Source: Candidatus Eiseniibacteriota bacterium
Lineage (GTDB): Bacteria; Eisenbacteria; RBG-16-71-46; SZUA-252
Assembly: GCA_031370645.1 (NCBI GenBank)
Contig: JANMQV010000044.1
Location: forward strand, 1-17,263
Length of the DNA: 17,263 bases
Reading direction: 5' to 3'
Part shown: one piece after another, positions 1 through 9,325 of the stretch
How the letters are laid out: the number at the start of each line of letters is the position of its first letter
How positions within the stretch are numbered: position 1 is the stretch's first letter
The notes under the pieces: model-generated
The model's database searches: none
Told to the model about the DNA's origin: nothing
Seen by the model: only the letters and a program-made list of their open reading frames with translations
Translations under genes and position numbers: made by a program

Positions 1-1127
1 AGCGCGTCATACGAAAAGAGCGCGATTCCATCCACACCCAACGCACGCGCACGGCGAATCTTCTCCGAGGCATCTCGCGCGCCCTCGTTATAGATCCCGA
101 TCCCCGCCCATACCTGCCGCTTCGTCGGTAGTGACATGGCGGCCGCGATCTGGCGCTCCACGACAGGCGTGCTCGGCGAGTAAGCCATGGGAATGGCGGC
201 ATCGAGCAGATTCTCCCGAAGCCACTCCGGCCAATCTTGCAGGTACCGATTCAAGGCCGCGTTCTGATCGGCGATCACGGCGGCGGTCAGCTTGATCTTC
301 CGGCCCGATTGGTCGAGGTCGCGGCGGATATCGCGTACGAGGTTCGTGACCTGCTCCCGCTTCCACTGGATCCAGCGCGCGCGGAGATCGGGCAGATGAT
401 CGGCGCCGCCGATGAGATCGTAGAAGGCGCTGTCGGGCCGCTCCAACAGCATCGGGTCGACGCCGAACTCCCTCTCAAACGCGGTGCGCGTGTGGGGGTC
501 GTAGCCGACCGTCGGAGCGGGATAGCGAACGTAGTCGAGATGAATGCCGTCGACCGGATAGCGCGTCACGATCTCGCGGACCAAGTCGCGGATGTGGCGG
601 CGCACGTCGGGATTCCCCGGTGCTAAGTACATCCCCTCGAGCTTCTCTTCATGAAATTCCTCGGGAAGCATCTCGGCCAAGCGGCGACCATCGGAGCGGA
701 CGGAGATCCAATCGGGATGCGCGTTCACGACGTGAAGCGCGGGGCGAGGCGGCGCACCGGCGGACCACACCAAGTAGACGTTGATCCAGGCGTGGACTTC
801 CAAACCGGCGGCGTGCGCTTTGGCGCAGATGCGCGAGAGCGGATCGAAATCGGCGGGAGCCGCTTCCAGATCGGCGGCGCGCGGTGCGAGATCGGAGGTG
901 TAATAGGCGTCGCCGCGTCCACGCACCTGCACCAAGAGCGTGTTCGCGTTCACCTGCGTGGAAAGATCGACGATCTGGTCGACCCGTCCCGGTGTGGTAA
1001 GCGCGTGGCGCACGATCCAGATGGCGCGCGTTTCTTCACCCGCCGGCGGTGGCCCCGCGACGGCGCGGCCTAGTACGACGGAGTGGAATAGCATGGCGAG
1101 CACCAAGACCCTCGCGACGCTACGCAC
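1..1127 (-). CDS. GHL10 family (PF02638/DUF187, YddW/DigH-like) glycoside hydrolase with probable signal peptide; 3' end runs off the window
   Basis: Hand translation of a minus frame open from 1127 to the window edge (>=375 codons): MRSVARVLVLAMLFHSVVLGRAVA-GPPPAGEETRAIWIVR...ANTLLVQVRGRGDAYYTS...DFDPL...KAHAAGLEVHAWINVY...HPDW...YLAPGNPDVR...EIVTRYPVDGIHLDYVRYP...WKREQVTNLVR...YLQDWPEWL...PMAY...GIALFSYDAL. These motifs are typical of GHL10. The GTG start at 1127 is inferred; in-frame TTGs at 1136/1139 and an ATG further downstream are alternatives. Confidence 0.9.
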   Translation of the reverse strand, partial: MRSVARVLVLAMLFHSVVLGRAVAGPPPAGEETRAIWIVRHALTTPGRVDQIVDLSTQVNANTLLVQVRGRGDAYYTSDLAPRAADLEAAPADFDPLSRICAKAHAAGLEVHAWINVYLVWSAGAPPRPALHVVNAHPDWISVRSDGRRLAEMLPEEFHEEKLEGMYLAPGNPDVRRHIRDLVREIVTRYPVDGIHLDYVRYPAPTVGYDPHTRTAFEREFGVDPMLLERPDSAFYDLIGGADHLPDLRARWIQWKREQVTNLVRDIRRDLDQSGRKIKLTAAVIADQNAALNRYLQDWPEWLRENLLDAAIPMAYSPSTPVVERQIAAAMSLPTKRQVWAGIGIYNEGARDASEKIRRARALGVDGIALFSYDA

Positions 1128-1130
1128 AGG

Positions 1131-1170
1131 AACCAACAAAAACGCCGGCGCTGACTTCAGCACCGGCGTT
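1131..1170 (-). terminator. Rho-independent terminator of the ribosomal protein cluster
   Basis: Minus strand reads AACGCCGGTGCTG-AAGT-CAGCGCCGGCGTT then TTTGTTGGTT: a 13-bp stem with one G-U pair and a U-rich tail, 53 nt after the rplQ stop. Confidence 0.85.
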
Positions 1171-1223
1171 CGATTCAGTAGTTTAACGCCCAAGAGCACA
1201 GCCCCGTTGGAAGGAAGAACCGA

Positions 1224-1841
1224 TCAGGTTCCGCTGCGCCCCTTCTGACGAGCCCGAGTCGAGGCCTTGGAACCTTGCGGTCCCTTGCCACCACGCTCGG
1301 CGCGAGGAGGCTTCGGCTTCTTCTCGGCGCGACCCTTCTTGCCCGGCGCTTCCGTTCCGGCGCCTTCCGCGGGAGCCCCGGCGGCCGCCTTCTTCGTCTT
1401 GCCGGCGCCCTTCGTATCCTTCGCGGCGGCCTTCTCGGCCTTGATCCGCTCCTCCGCCTCGTGGCGCAGGCGCTCCTTCAACTCGGGAGACTTGACCAAC
1501 TCGAGCAGCGCGGTTTCGCCGGCGTCGCCCAAGCGGCGTCCGACGCGAACGATCCGCGTGTAGCCGCCGTTACGGTCGGCGTACCACGGAGCCACCGTTT
1601 CGAACAGCTTCTTCACGACGTCGTCGCCGTGCACGAAGCGGGCGACGTGGCGCCGCGCGGCCAAATCGCCGCGCTTCGCGAAGGTGATCATCCGCTCGCC
1701 CAGACGGCGCGATTCCTTCGCCTTCACCACGGTGGTCTCGATCCGCTCGTGAATGAAGAGCGAGGTGATGAGATTCCGCAGCAAGGCGCGCCGGTGCTCG
1801 CGCGTGCGGCTCAGTTTCTTGAATGATTTACGGTGGCGCAT
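1224..1841 (-). CDS. rplQ: 50S ribosomal protein L17 with ~89-aa C-terminal extension
   Basis: MRHRK...LSRTREHRRALLRNL...IETT..KAKE...GGYTRI..GRRLGDA; position after rpoA. Confidence 0.99.
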   Translation of the reverse strand: MRHRKSFKKLSRTREHRRALLRNLITSLFIHERIETTVVKAKESRRLGERMITFAKRGDLAARRHVARFVHGDDVVKKLFETVAPWYADRNGGYTRIVRVGRRLGDAGETALLELVKSPELKERLRHEAEERIKAEKAAAKDTKGAGKTKKAAAGAPAEGAGTEAPGKKGRAEKKPKPPRAERGGKGPQGSKASTRARQKGRSGT

Positions 1842-1876
1842 CGTTCGGGATCCTGTCCGTTACGGGCGGGCCGCGC

Positions 1877-2869
1877 TTAAGCGGCTTCGACCTTCTCGCC
1901 CAGCTTGTACTTCGATACGTCCATCCCGAAACCGAGGTTCATCCCGATCAGGATGTCGGCGATCTCCTTCAGCGACTTCCGTCCGAAGTTCCGGTACTTG
2001 AGCATCTCGCCCTCGGATTTCAGGACCAGTTCGCCGATCGTCTTGATGTTGGCGGCCTTCAGGCAGTTCGACGAGCGGACCGAAAGCTCCAGCTCCTCGA
2101 CGCTCCGCTCCAGCAGCGCCTTGATGCGAAGGAACTCCTCGTCCACTTCCTCCTCGACCTCCTCCACGATCTCTTCCTCGAAATGAATGAAGAGCGCGAA
2201 GTGATCCTTGAGGATCTTGGCGGCGTAGGCGAGCGCGTCCGACGGGATCACGCTGCCGTCCGTCCAGATTTCGAGCGTCAGCTTGTCGTAGTCGATGCGC
2301 TGTCCGATGCGCGTGTTCTCGACTTCGAAATTAACCTTCGTCACCGGCGAGAACATGGAGTCGATCGGGAGGACGCCGATGGGGCGGTCCTGCGTCGCCT
2401 GGTTCTCGGCCGAAACGTAGCCGCGGCCGGCGCCGATCTCGATCTCGCAGCGGAACTCGCCGTCCTTGTTCAGGGTGGCGACGTGCAGTTCGGGATTGAG
2501 GATCTCGATGTCCGGATCGGCCTTCAGGTCGGCGGCCGTGGCCGCCGCCTTGCCGCGGACGTCGAACGTCGCCATCTTCGGCGCGTCGCTGTGAATCTTG
2601 AAGCGCATCTGCTTCAGATTCATGATGATCTCCGGCACGTCTTCCTTCACGCCGGTGATCGTCGAGAACTCATGCTGCACGCCCTCGAGCTTCGCGGCCG
2701 TGACGGCCGCGCCCGGAAGCGACGAGAGAAGGACGCGGCGCAGGGCGTTGCCCAGCGTCACGCCGAATCCGCGCTCCAGCGGTTCGATCGAGAACTTCGT
2801 GTAACTGTTCGTCATGGACTTGTCGTCCACTTCGACGTTCTTCGGCATCTGCAAGTTCTTGAACTTCAT
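1877..2869 (-). CDS. rpoA: DNA-directed RNA polymerase subunit alpha
   Basis: [54 protein letters not shown] at 2881-2886. Confidence 0.99.
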   Translation of the reverse strand: MKFKNLQMPKNVEVDDKSMTNSYTKFSIEPLERGFGVTLGNALRRVLLSSLPGAAVTAAKLEGVQHEFSTITGVKEDVPEIIMNLKQMRFKIHSDAPKMATFDVRGKAAATAADLKADPDIEILNPELHVATLNKDGEFRCEIEIGAGRGYVSAENQATQDRPIGVLPIDSMFSPVTKVNFEVENTRIGQRIDYDKLTLEIWTDGSVIPSDALAYAAKILKDHFALFIHFEEEIVEEVEEEVDEEFLRIKALLERSVEELELSVRSSNCLKAANIKTIGELVLKSEGEMLKYRNFGRKSLKEIADILIGMNLGFGMDVSKYKLGEKVEAA

Positions 2870-2897
2870 GGCGCGTTGGTTCCTCCGTAGGCCGCGG

Positions 2898-3527
2898 TTA
2901 CTTCGAGTAAAGCTCGACGATGAGCTGCTCGGAGACCTTGGTCGGGATGTTGCCGCGCGTCGGGTACTCCAGGAGTCGACCCGAGAGCTTCTCGGAATCG
3001 AGGGAGAGCCACGCCATGGTCTCCCGGCCCTTGTTGGCCTCCAATGATGACTGAATCGCCACCGAGTCCTTGCTGCCGGGACGAACGCGGATCTCGTCCC
3101 CCACCCGGACTTGGAACGACGGGATATCGACGAGACGGTCGTTGACCGTGAAATGACGGTGCCGCACCAGCTGCCGGGCCGACGTGCGCGACGGCGCGAA
3201 GCCGAGCCGGTAGACCAGGTTGTCCAGACGGCGTTCCAGCAACAGAAGCAGGTTCTCGCCGGTGACGCCCTTCTTCTGCTCGGCTTTTTCGAAATAGTTC
3301 CGGAACTGCGCTTCCAGAATCCCGTAGATCCGGCGCGCCTTCTGCTTCATGCGCAGCTGCTGCCCGTAGTTCGTCTCCTTCGACCGGCGGTCGCGCCCGT
3401 GTTCACCGGGGGCGTAGCCTCGCCGCTCGAACGCGCACTTCTCCGTGAAGCAGCGCGAACCCTTCAGGAAGAGCTTCTCGCCTTCCCGGCGGCAGAGCCG
3501 GCACTTTGCATCGCGATATGTCGCCAT
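2898..3527 (-). CDS. rpsD: 30S ribosomal protein S4 (4-Cys N-terminal type)
   Basis: [17 protein letters not shown]...[32 protein letters not shown] at 3541-3546. Confidence 0.99.
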   Translation of the reverse strand: MATYRDAKCRLCRREGEKLFLKGSRCFTEKCAFERRGYAPGEHGRDRRSKETNYGQQLRMKQKARRIYGILEAQFRNYFEKAEQKKGVTGENLLLLLERRLDNLVYRLGFAPSRTSARQLVRHRHFTVNDRLVDIPSFQVRVGDEIRVRPGSKDSVAIQSSLEANKGRETMAWLSLDSEKLSGRLLEYPTRGNIPTKVSEQLIVELYSK

Positions 3528-3554
3528 AGGGTGAGTGAATTCCTCCTGTAACCG

Positions 3555-3953
3555 CTAAACGCGGCGCCGCTTCGGCGGGCGGCAGCCGTTGTGCGGAATC
3601 GGGGTGACGTCTTTGATGGCGGTGATCTCGAGTCCTGCCGCCTGGAGCGAGCGAATAGCCGCCTCGCGTCCCGCGCCCGGACCCGTCACCCAAACTTCCA
3701 CCTTCTTCAATCCGAGGGAAATCGCTTCCTTGCCCGCCGACTCGGCCGCCATCTGAGCGGCGAACGGCGTGCTCTTCCGCGATCCCTTGAAGCCGACCTT
3801 TCCGGCGCTGGCCCACGAGACCGTGTGCCCGTCGAGGTCGGCGATCGTGATGATCGTGTTGTTGAACGTGGACTGGACGTGGGCCACGCCCGCGACGCCA
3901 ACCTTCCGTTCCCGCTTCTTCTTCGGTTTTGGTGTTGCGGTTGCTTCGGCCAC
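3555..3953 (-). CDS. rpsK: 30S ribosomal protein S11
   Basis: [45 protein letters not shown] start. Confidence 0.99.
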   Translation of the reverse strand: MAEATATPKPKKKRERKVGVAGVAHVQSTFNNTIITIADLDGHTVSWASAGKVGFKGSRKSTPFAAQMAAESAGKEAISLGLKKVEVWVTGPGAGREAAIRSLQAAGLEITAIKDVTPIPHNGCRPPKRRRV

Positions 3954-3980
3954 GCTGCTTCCTTTCCTCGGGTGTCGCGC

Positions 3981-4385
3981 TTACTTCGCCGGAGCCTTAG
4001 GCGCCGGCCTGGCGACAGTCTTCCGCATCGCGCCGGCCGTCTTCTTCGGCCCCTTACGCGTGCGAGCGTTGGTACGAGTGCGCTGCCCACGCGCCGGGAG
4101 ACCCTTGCGATGACGCAGTCCCCGGTACGCGCCGATGTCCATCAGGCGCTTGATGTTCATAGCGACTTCGGTGCGGCGGGCGCCCTCTACCTTGAACTGC
4201 GCCTCGATAACCTGGCGCAGCCGCCCGACTTCCTCGTCCGCGAGGTTCTTGACGCGCGTGCTGGGGTTGATCCCCGTGATGGAAATGATCTTTCGCGCGG
4301 TCGAGGGACCGATTCCAAAAATGTAGGTCAGGCCAATCTCGATGCGCTTTTCGTTCGGGAGATCGACCCCGGCGATACGTGCCAA
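3981..4385 (-). CDS. rpsM: 30S ribosomal protein S13
   Basis: [39 protein letters not shown] start with strong SD. Confidence 0.99.
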   Translation of the reverse strand: MARIAGVDLPNEKRIEIGLTYIFGIGPSTARKIISITGINPSTRVKNLADEEVGRLRQVIEAQFKVEGARRTEVAMNIKRLMDIGAYRGLRHRKGLPARGQRTRTNARTRKGPKKTAGAMRKTVARPAPKAPAK

Positions 4386-4390
4386 ACTGT

Positions 4391-4399
4391 TCCTCCTTA
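4391..4399 (-). promoter_or_regulatory. Strong Shine-Dalgarno site for the TTG-initiated rpsM
   Basis: TAAGGAGGA, 5 nt upstream of the TTG at 4385. Confidence 0.8.
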
Positions 4400-4407
4400 C
4401 CCGGCGC

Positions 4408-4521
4408 TTAGCCTTGCCGCTGCTTGTGGCGCGGGTTCTTGCAAATGATCCGCACGACGCCCTTGCGCCGAACGACCTTGCAGTGTTCGCAAATCTTCGT
4501 GACCGAAGCCTTCACCTTCAT
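4408..4521 (-). CDS. rpmJ: 50S ribosomal protein L36 (Zn-ribbon type), not in ORF track
   Basis: Hand translation: [37 protein letters not shown] (37 aa); SD GAGGAG upstream; canonical infA-rpmJ-rpsM position. Confidence 0.98.
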   Translation of the reverse strand: MKVKASVTKICEHCKVVRRKGVVRIICKNPRHKQRQG

Positions 4522-4543
4522 GACGACCGCTCCTCGCGAATGC

Positions 4544-4762
4544 TTACTTGTACCGGTAAACGATGCGCCCGCGCGTCAGATCGTAGGGCGAAAGCTCCAC
4601 CGTCACCTTGTCCCCCGGCAGAATCTTGATGAAGTTCATCCTCATCTTGCCGGAGATATGCGCCAGAACCCGGTGACCGTTCTCGAGCTCCACGCGGAAC
4701 ATCGCGTTCGGCAGGGGCTCGACAACCGTTCCCTCGACCTGGACGCCTTCTTCCTTGGCCAT
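4544..4762 (-). CDS. infA: Translation initiation factor IF-1
   Basis: [37 protein letters not shown]...[17 protein letters not shown]. Confidence 0.99.
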   Translation of the reverse strand: MAKEEGVQVEGTVVEPLPNAMFRVELENGHRVLAHISGKMRMNFIKILPGDKVTVELSPYDLTRGRIVYRYK

Positions 4763-4769
4763 GCCCCTC

Positions 4770-5528
4770 TCAGTCCGCCTCGACGAGTGAGAGCACCTCA
4801 GGTCCGGCCGCGCCGATCGCGACCGTGTGCTCGAAGTGCGCCGAGCGCTTCCGATCCGCGGTGACCACGGTCCACTGATCCGCCAACGTCACCACGTCCG
4901 CCGTTCCCGCGTTCACCATCGGTTCGATGGCGAGCACCATTCCGACGCGGAGTTTCGGACCTTCGCCCGGCCTCCCGTAGTTCGGAACCTGCGGCTCCTC
5001 GTGGAGCGCGCGGCCCACGCCATGACCTACGAGCGCGCGAACGACCGAAAAGCCCGCTTCCTTCACCGTCCGCTCGATTGCCGCCGAGATGTCGGAGACC
5101 CGCCCTTCCGGACGAACCTGCGCGATCCCGGCCGCCAGCGACTTCTCCGTCGCGTCGAGCAGCCGCCGTAACTCCGGCGCGATGGTTCCCACCGGGAACG
5201 TGCGCGCCGCGTCGGCGTAAAATCCGGCCTTCTTCACCCCGATGTCGAGCGAGACGATGTCTCCCTCTTTCAGGATGCGCTTGGCCGAGGGGATCCCGTG
5301 GACCACCTCTTCGTTCACCGACGCGCAGATGCTCGCCGGGAACCCCCGGTATCCCAAGAACGCCGGCTCGCCTCCCTGGTCGCGGATGAACTTCTCCGCC
5401 ACCTTATCGAGGTCGAGGGTCGAGACCCCGGGCCGCGCCTCCCGCCCCAAGGCGAGAAGACACTTCCCCACGATCTGCGCGCTCTCCCGAATCCGCGCCA
5501 CTTCCTCGGGCTTGTAGGTCTGGATCAC
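4770..5528 (-). CDS. map: Type I methionine aminopeptidase
   Basis: [40 protein letters not shown] metal-site motifs. Start set at GTG 5528 (MIQTYKPEE, resembling the usual Map N-terminus); ATG 5549 is an alternative. The ORF-track start at 5840 overlaps adk and is unlikely. Confidence 0.96.
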   Translation of the reverse strand: MIQTYKPEEVARIRESAQIVGKCLLALGREARPGVSTLDLDKVAEKFIRDQGGEPAFLGYRGFPASICASVNEEVVHGIPSAKRILKEGDIVSLDIGVKKAGFYADAARTFPVGTIAPELRRLLDATEKSLAAGIAQVRPEGRVSDISAAIERTVKEAGFSVVRALVGHGVGRALHEEPQVPNYGRPGEGPKLRVGMVLAIEPMVNAGTADVVTLADQWTVVTADRKRSAHFEHTVAIGAAGPEVLSLVEAD

Positions 5529-5569
5529 CGAATTCCCGCCGCCGGCCATGCCGGTCGCCGTCCCCGGAT

Positions 5570-6223
5570 TCAGGCCGCCGGACGCAGGATGCGCCGAATG
5601 GCGCCGTACACCTGCTCCGCCGGTCCCGCCGCGTCCACGTTCCGGAGGACTCCCCGCTTCGCGTAGTACGCGACGAGCGGCGCGGTCTCCCGTTCGTAGA
5701 CTTCCAGCCTCGCCCGAACCGTCGCCGGTTCGTCGTCGGCCCGTTGCTTGAGCGCCGAGCCGCAGAGATCGCACTGTCCCGCGACCTTCGGCGGCTTGGA
5801 GCTCAAATTGTAGATGGCGCCGCACGAGCTGCAGAGCCACCGGTCGCGGAGCCGGTTCACCACCGTCTCGGTCGGAACCATGAGGTTCACCACATGGTCC
5901 AGCGACTTTGCCCCGCCCGCCTGAAGCAGGGCCGCGAGCCCGTCGGCCTGCGCCACCGTGCGCGGAAAGCCGTCGAGCAGAAACCCGTTCGCCGCGTCGC
6001 CGAGTGAAAGCCGGGTCTCGATCAGTCCGAGCACCGTCTCGTCGGCCACCAGCCGTCCCGCCTTCACGTCCGCCTGCGCGGCCATCCCGAGCCGAGTCTC
6101 CTCGGCGATCGCCTGTCTCAGGATGTCGCCCGTCGAGATCAAAGGGACGTGCCGCTCGGCCGAAAGACCTTTGCCGTGCGTTCCCTTCCCGCTCCCCGGA
6201 GGCCCGAGGAGCACAACCCTCAT
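5570..6223 (-). CDS. adk: Adenylate kinase with 4-Cys zinc lid
   Basis: GPPGSGKGT P-loop, ISTGDILR, LLDGFPRT..QA, CSSC...CDLC lid, QRADD; ATGA overlap with secY. Confidence 0.98.
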   Translation of the reverse strand: MRVVLLGPPGSGKGTHGKGLSAERHVPLISTGDILRQAIAEETRLGMAAQADVKAGRLVADETVLGLIETRLSLGDAANGFLLDGFPRTVAQADGLAALLQAGGAKSLDHVVNLMVPTETVVNRLRDRWLCSSCGAIYNLSSKPPKVAGQCDLCGSALKQRADDEPATVRARLEVYERETAPLVAYYAKRGVLRNVDAAGPAEQVYGAIRRILRPAA

Positions 6224-7533
6224 CGACGGCCCCGCAAGCGCGAATTCCCCGTCAGCCCCTCGTAGTGCCGCATCAAGAGGTGCGACTCGATCTGCTGCAG
6301 CGTATCGAGCGCGACGCCGACGACGATCAGGACGCTCGTCCCACCGAAGTAGAACGGAACGTTGAACTTCGAAATCAGAATGTCGGGCAGCACCGCGATG
6401 ATGGCCAGGAAGATGGCGCCCGGCAGGGTGATGCGCGACAGAATCCGGTCGATGTAATCGGAGGTCTTCCGGCCCGGACGAATGCCCGGGATGAAGCCGC
6501 CGTACTTCTTCATGTTATCCGCCATGTCCGTCGGGTTCAGGACGATGGCCGTGTAGAAATAGGTGAAGAATACGATCGTGAGCCCGTAGATCACCACGTA
6601 CGCCCAGGTGCCGTGCGCCACGAAGTTCGCCACGGCCTGAATGGCCGGGTTCCCTTGGAACGCCAGCGCCAGGGTGCTCGGCAGCATGATGAGCGACTGG
6701 GCGAAGATGATCGGAATCACGCCCGCGGTGTTCACGCGGAGCGGGATGTGCGTCGTCTGCCCGCCGTACATCTTTCGCCCGACCACGCGCTTCGCGTACT
6801 GCACCGGGATCTTCCGCTGCGCCTGCGTCATCGCCACGACGGCCGCGATGACCAGGAAGAACACCACCAGCATCATGCCCGCCACGATCGGCGAGAGCGT
6901 TCCGACGCGGAGCGCCCGGACGGTGTTGATCAAGTCCGCCGGGAAGCGAGCCACGATGCCGATGAAAATGATGAGCGAAATGCCGTTTCCGATCCCGCGC
7001 TCGGTGATCTGCTCGCCGAGCCACATGATGAGGATCGTCCCGGTGGTCTGGGTGAGCATCGTCATCAACTGGAACCCGAGTCCCGGATTCGGCACGACCG
7101 GCATCCCTTGCGCGCCCATCGACTGTAAGAATTTGGCGAAGGCGAGCGACTGCGCCATTGCCAGGAGAACCGTACCGATGCGCGTGTACTGCGTGATCTT
7201 CTTCCGGCCCTCTTCCCCTTCCTTCTGCAACTTCTCGAAGTACGGGACCACGGCGCCAAGCAACTGGAAGATGATCGACACCGAGATGTACGGCATGATC
7301 CCGAGCGCGAAGACCGTGGCCTTCGAGAACGAGCCGCCGACGAAGAGATCGTAGAGACCGAACAGCGTGTTCGACTGATGCGAGAACGCCGCCACCAGCG
7401 CTTCGCTGTTCACCCCCGGGGTCGGGACGTGCCCGCCCAACCGGTAGACGACCAGCAGTGCTACGGTGAAAAGAATCCGGCGCTTGAGTTCCGGAATCCT
7501 GAAAATGTCTTGGACCTTGTCGAAGACGCCCAT
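6220..7533 (-). CDS. secY: Preprotein translocase subunit SecY
   Basis: FALGIMPYIS, WLGEQITERGIGNGISLIIF, AGVIPIIFA, GGFIPGIRPG, FGGTSVLIVVGV. Confidence 0.99.
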   Translation of the reverse strand: MGVFDKVQDIFRIPELKRRILFTVALLVVYRLGGHVPTPGVNSEALVAAFSHQSNTLFGLYDLFVGGSFSKATVFALGIMPYISVSIIFQLLGAVVPYFEKLQKEGEEGRKKITQYTRIGTVLLAMAQSLAFAKFLQSMGAQGMPVVPNPGLGFQLMTMLTQTTGTILIMWLGEQITERGIGNGISLIIFIGIVARFPADLINTVRALRVGTLSPIVAGMMLVVFFLVIAAVVAMTQAQRKIPVQYAKRVVGRKMYGGQTTHIPLRVNTAGVIPIIFAQSLIMLPSTLALAFQGNPAIQAVANFVAHGTWAYVVIYGLTIVFFTYFYTAIVLNPTDMADNMKKYGGFIPGIRPGRKTSDYIDRILSRITLPGAIFLAIIAVLPDILISKFNVPFYFGGTSVLIVVGVALDTLQQIESHLLMRHYEGLTGNSRLRGRR

Positions 7534-7536
7534 GGA

Positions 7537-8031
7537 CTAGTCGCGCGCCTTCTTCACGTGGCGCGGCCGGTACTTCACGGGGGTCGGCAGGGTGATCGTT
7601 CCGCCCGCCGCCTCGATCTTCTCCTTGGCCGTCGCGCTCACCGCATCCACCTGGAGCGTCAGCGCGATCGAAATGTCTCCGTTTCCGAGGATCTTCACCG
7701 GCTGCGTCGTCTTGTCGATGAGGCGCTTCGCCTTCAGGGTCGCGCGCGTCACCGTCGCGCCCGCCTCGAACCGCGAGAGATCGGCGAGATTCACGACCTG
7801 GCGCTCGACGCGTTGGATCGGCGTGAAGCCCATCTTCGGCAAACGGCGCGTGAGCGGCATCTGACCGCCCTCGAACCAGCGATGAACCTTGCCGCCCGAG
7901 CGGGCCAACTGGCCCTTGTGACCGCGTCCGGAAGTGCCGCCGACGCCCGAGCCGGTACCGAGACCCCGGCGCTTGCGCGGGTGCGTGGCGCCCTTCGCGG
8001 GGCGGAGCGTGCCGATGCGGAGCACCTTCAC
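7537..8031 (-). CDS. rplO: 50S ribosomal protein L15
   Basis: [45 protein letters not shown] overlap with rpmD; SD GGGAGG. Confidence 0.98.
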   Translation of the reverse strand: MKVLRIGTLRPAKGATHPRKRRGLGTGSGVGGTSGRGHKGQLARSGGKVHRWFEGGQMPLTRRLPKMGFTPIQRVERQVVNLADLSRFEAGATVTRATLKAKRLIDKTTQPVKILGNGDISIALTLQVDAVSATAKEKIEAAGGTITLPTPVKYRPRHVKKARD

Positions 8032-8357
8032 TTCGAGCCTCCCTTCGCCGCGGACGTGGACCTTGGTTTGGTGGCGGGCTTCGCTGCCTTCGGAGCCTTG
8101 GGCGTTGCCGCCGTCGGCGCCTTGGCGGCCGCGCGGGCAACAGGCGTCGCGGGCGCCGCGGGCATCGCGTCGCCGGCCGAAACCGACTCCACGCTCACCA
8201 GATAAGAGACCAGGGCGATCATGCCGCGAATCTGCGGCGTGTCCTGCTTGACGACGGAATGACGGATACGGCGAAGCCCCAGCGCGGCCAGGGTCCGCTT
8301 GTGCTTTTCAAGGCAGCGGATCTTGCTCCGCTCCTGCGTGATCTTAACGAGCGCCAT
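8028..8357 (-). CDS. rpmD: 50S ribosomal protein L30 with ~50-aa Ala/Lys/Pro tail
   Basis: [28 protein letters not shown]; position between rpsE and rplO. Confidence 0.96.
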   Translation of the reverse strand: MALVKITQERSKIRCLEKHKRTLAALGLRRIRHSVVKQDTPQIRGMIALVSYLVSVESVSAGDAMPAAPATPVARAAAKAPTAATPKAPKAAKPATKPRSTSAAKGGSK

Positions 8358-8910
8358 CGGTCCCCTCCGTCTTCCGACGGGTGCCGAACATCTCTTCGAC
8401 GGTGCGACCGCGCATCGCGGCGACTTCCTCCGCCCGGCGAAGCGACTTCAAGCCGGCGACGGTAGCCGCGACGATATTGTGCGGATTGCTCGAGCCGAGC
8501 GACTTCGTGAGCACGTCCTTGATTCCCGCCACCTCGAGCACGGCGCGCACGGCGCCGCCCGCGATGACGCCGGTACCGGAACTGGCCGGCTTCATGAGCA
8601 CGTCGCCCGCGCCGAACTTGCCGCGCACGAGGTGAGGAATGGTCGTCCGGCGCATGGGCACCACGAACATCCGCTTCTTGGCGGACTCGCCCGCCTTGCG
8701 AATGGCATCCGCGACTTCGTTCGCCTTGCCGAGACCGACGCCGACTCGCCCCTTACCGTCGCCCACGGCGACGATCGCATTGAAGCTGAAGCGGCGACCG
8801 CCCTTTACGACCTTGGCGACGCGATTCACGTTGATGACGCGTTCGAGAAACTCCGAATCCGTCTGCTGGGGCCGGGGTCCCCCGCGGCCGCGCTGTTGTG
8901 GCTGGGCCAT
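8344..8910 (-). CDS. rpsE: 30S ribosomal protein S5
   Basis: [45 protein letters not shown]. Confidence 0.99.
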   Translation of the reverse strand: MAQPQQRGRGGPRPQQTDSEFLERVINVNRVAKVVKGGRRFSFNAIVAVGDGKGRVGVGLGKANEVADAIRKAGESAKKRMFVVPMRRTTIPHLVRGKFGAGDVLMKPASSGTGVIAGGAVRAVLEVAGIKDVLTKSLGSSNPHNIVAATVAGLKSLRRAEEVAAMRGRTVEEMFGTRRKTEGTDGAR

Positions 8911-8918
8911 TCGTACTC

Positions 8919-9293
8919 CTAGAAGTTCAGGCCGCCCTCACGGGCGCCGTCGGCGACCGCTTTGACACGGCCATGGTAGAGATACCCGCCGCGATCGAAG
9001 CAGACGCGCTCAATCCCTTTTTCCTTCGCCATCTCGGCGATACGCTTGCCGACCGCCTTGCTTGCCGCGATCTTCCCCTTCGCACCCGTCAGGGTGCCGC
9101 TCACGTCCTTGTGGCTGGACGAGATCGTGAGGAGCGTGCGGCCGGCCAGATCGTCGACCAGCTGAACATAGATGTGATTCAAGCTCCGGTAGACGGTGAG
9201 ACGCGGCCGCTCGGCCGTGCCGTTCACTTTCTTCCGGATCCTCATGTGGCGCCGCTGGCGCCCCTTCAGTCTCGGTGTCGCCTTCGATTTCAT
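8919..9293 (-). CDS. rplR: 50S ribosomal protein L18
   Basis: [40 protein letters not shown]. Confidence 0.99.
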   Translation of the reverse strand: MKSKATPRLKGRQRRHMRIRKKVNGTAERPRLTVYRSLNHIYVQLVDDLAGRTLLTISSSHKDVSGTLTGAKGKIAASKAVGKRIAEMAKEKGIERVCFDRGGYLYHGRVKAVADGAREGGLNF

Positions 9294-9325
9294 GGTTCCG
9301 TTCCTACCGGGATCGGCGCCCGCGA

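Noticed and set aside
88..1248. ORF-track calls 88-366, 237-626, 287-478, 651-1073, 725-922, 940-1248
   Set aside because: All are off-frame or antisense to the GHL10 CDS, which the track missed because its stop lies outside the window.
5550..5840. Apparent ~100-aa N-terminal extension of Map
   Set aside because: Overlaps the adk 3' end in another frame; better starts exist at GTG 5528 or ATG 5549.
6515..8140. 541-aa minus-strand alternative-frame ORF over rpmD-rplO-secY
   Set aside because: Arg/Gly/Pro/His-rich composition typical of off-frame high-GC translation; fully overlaps conserved genes.
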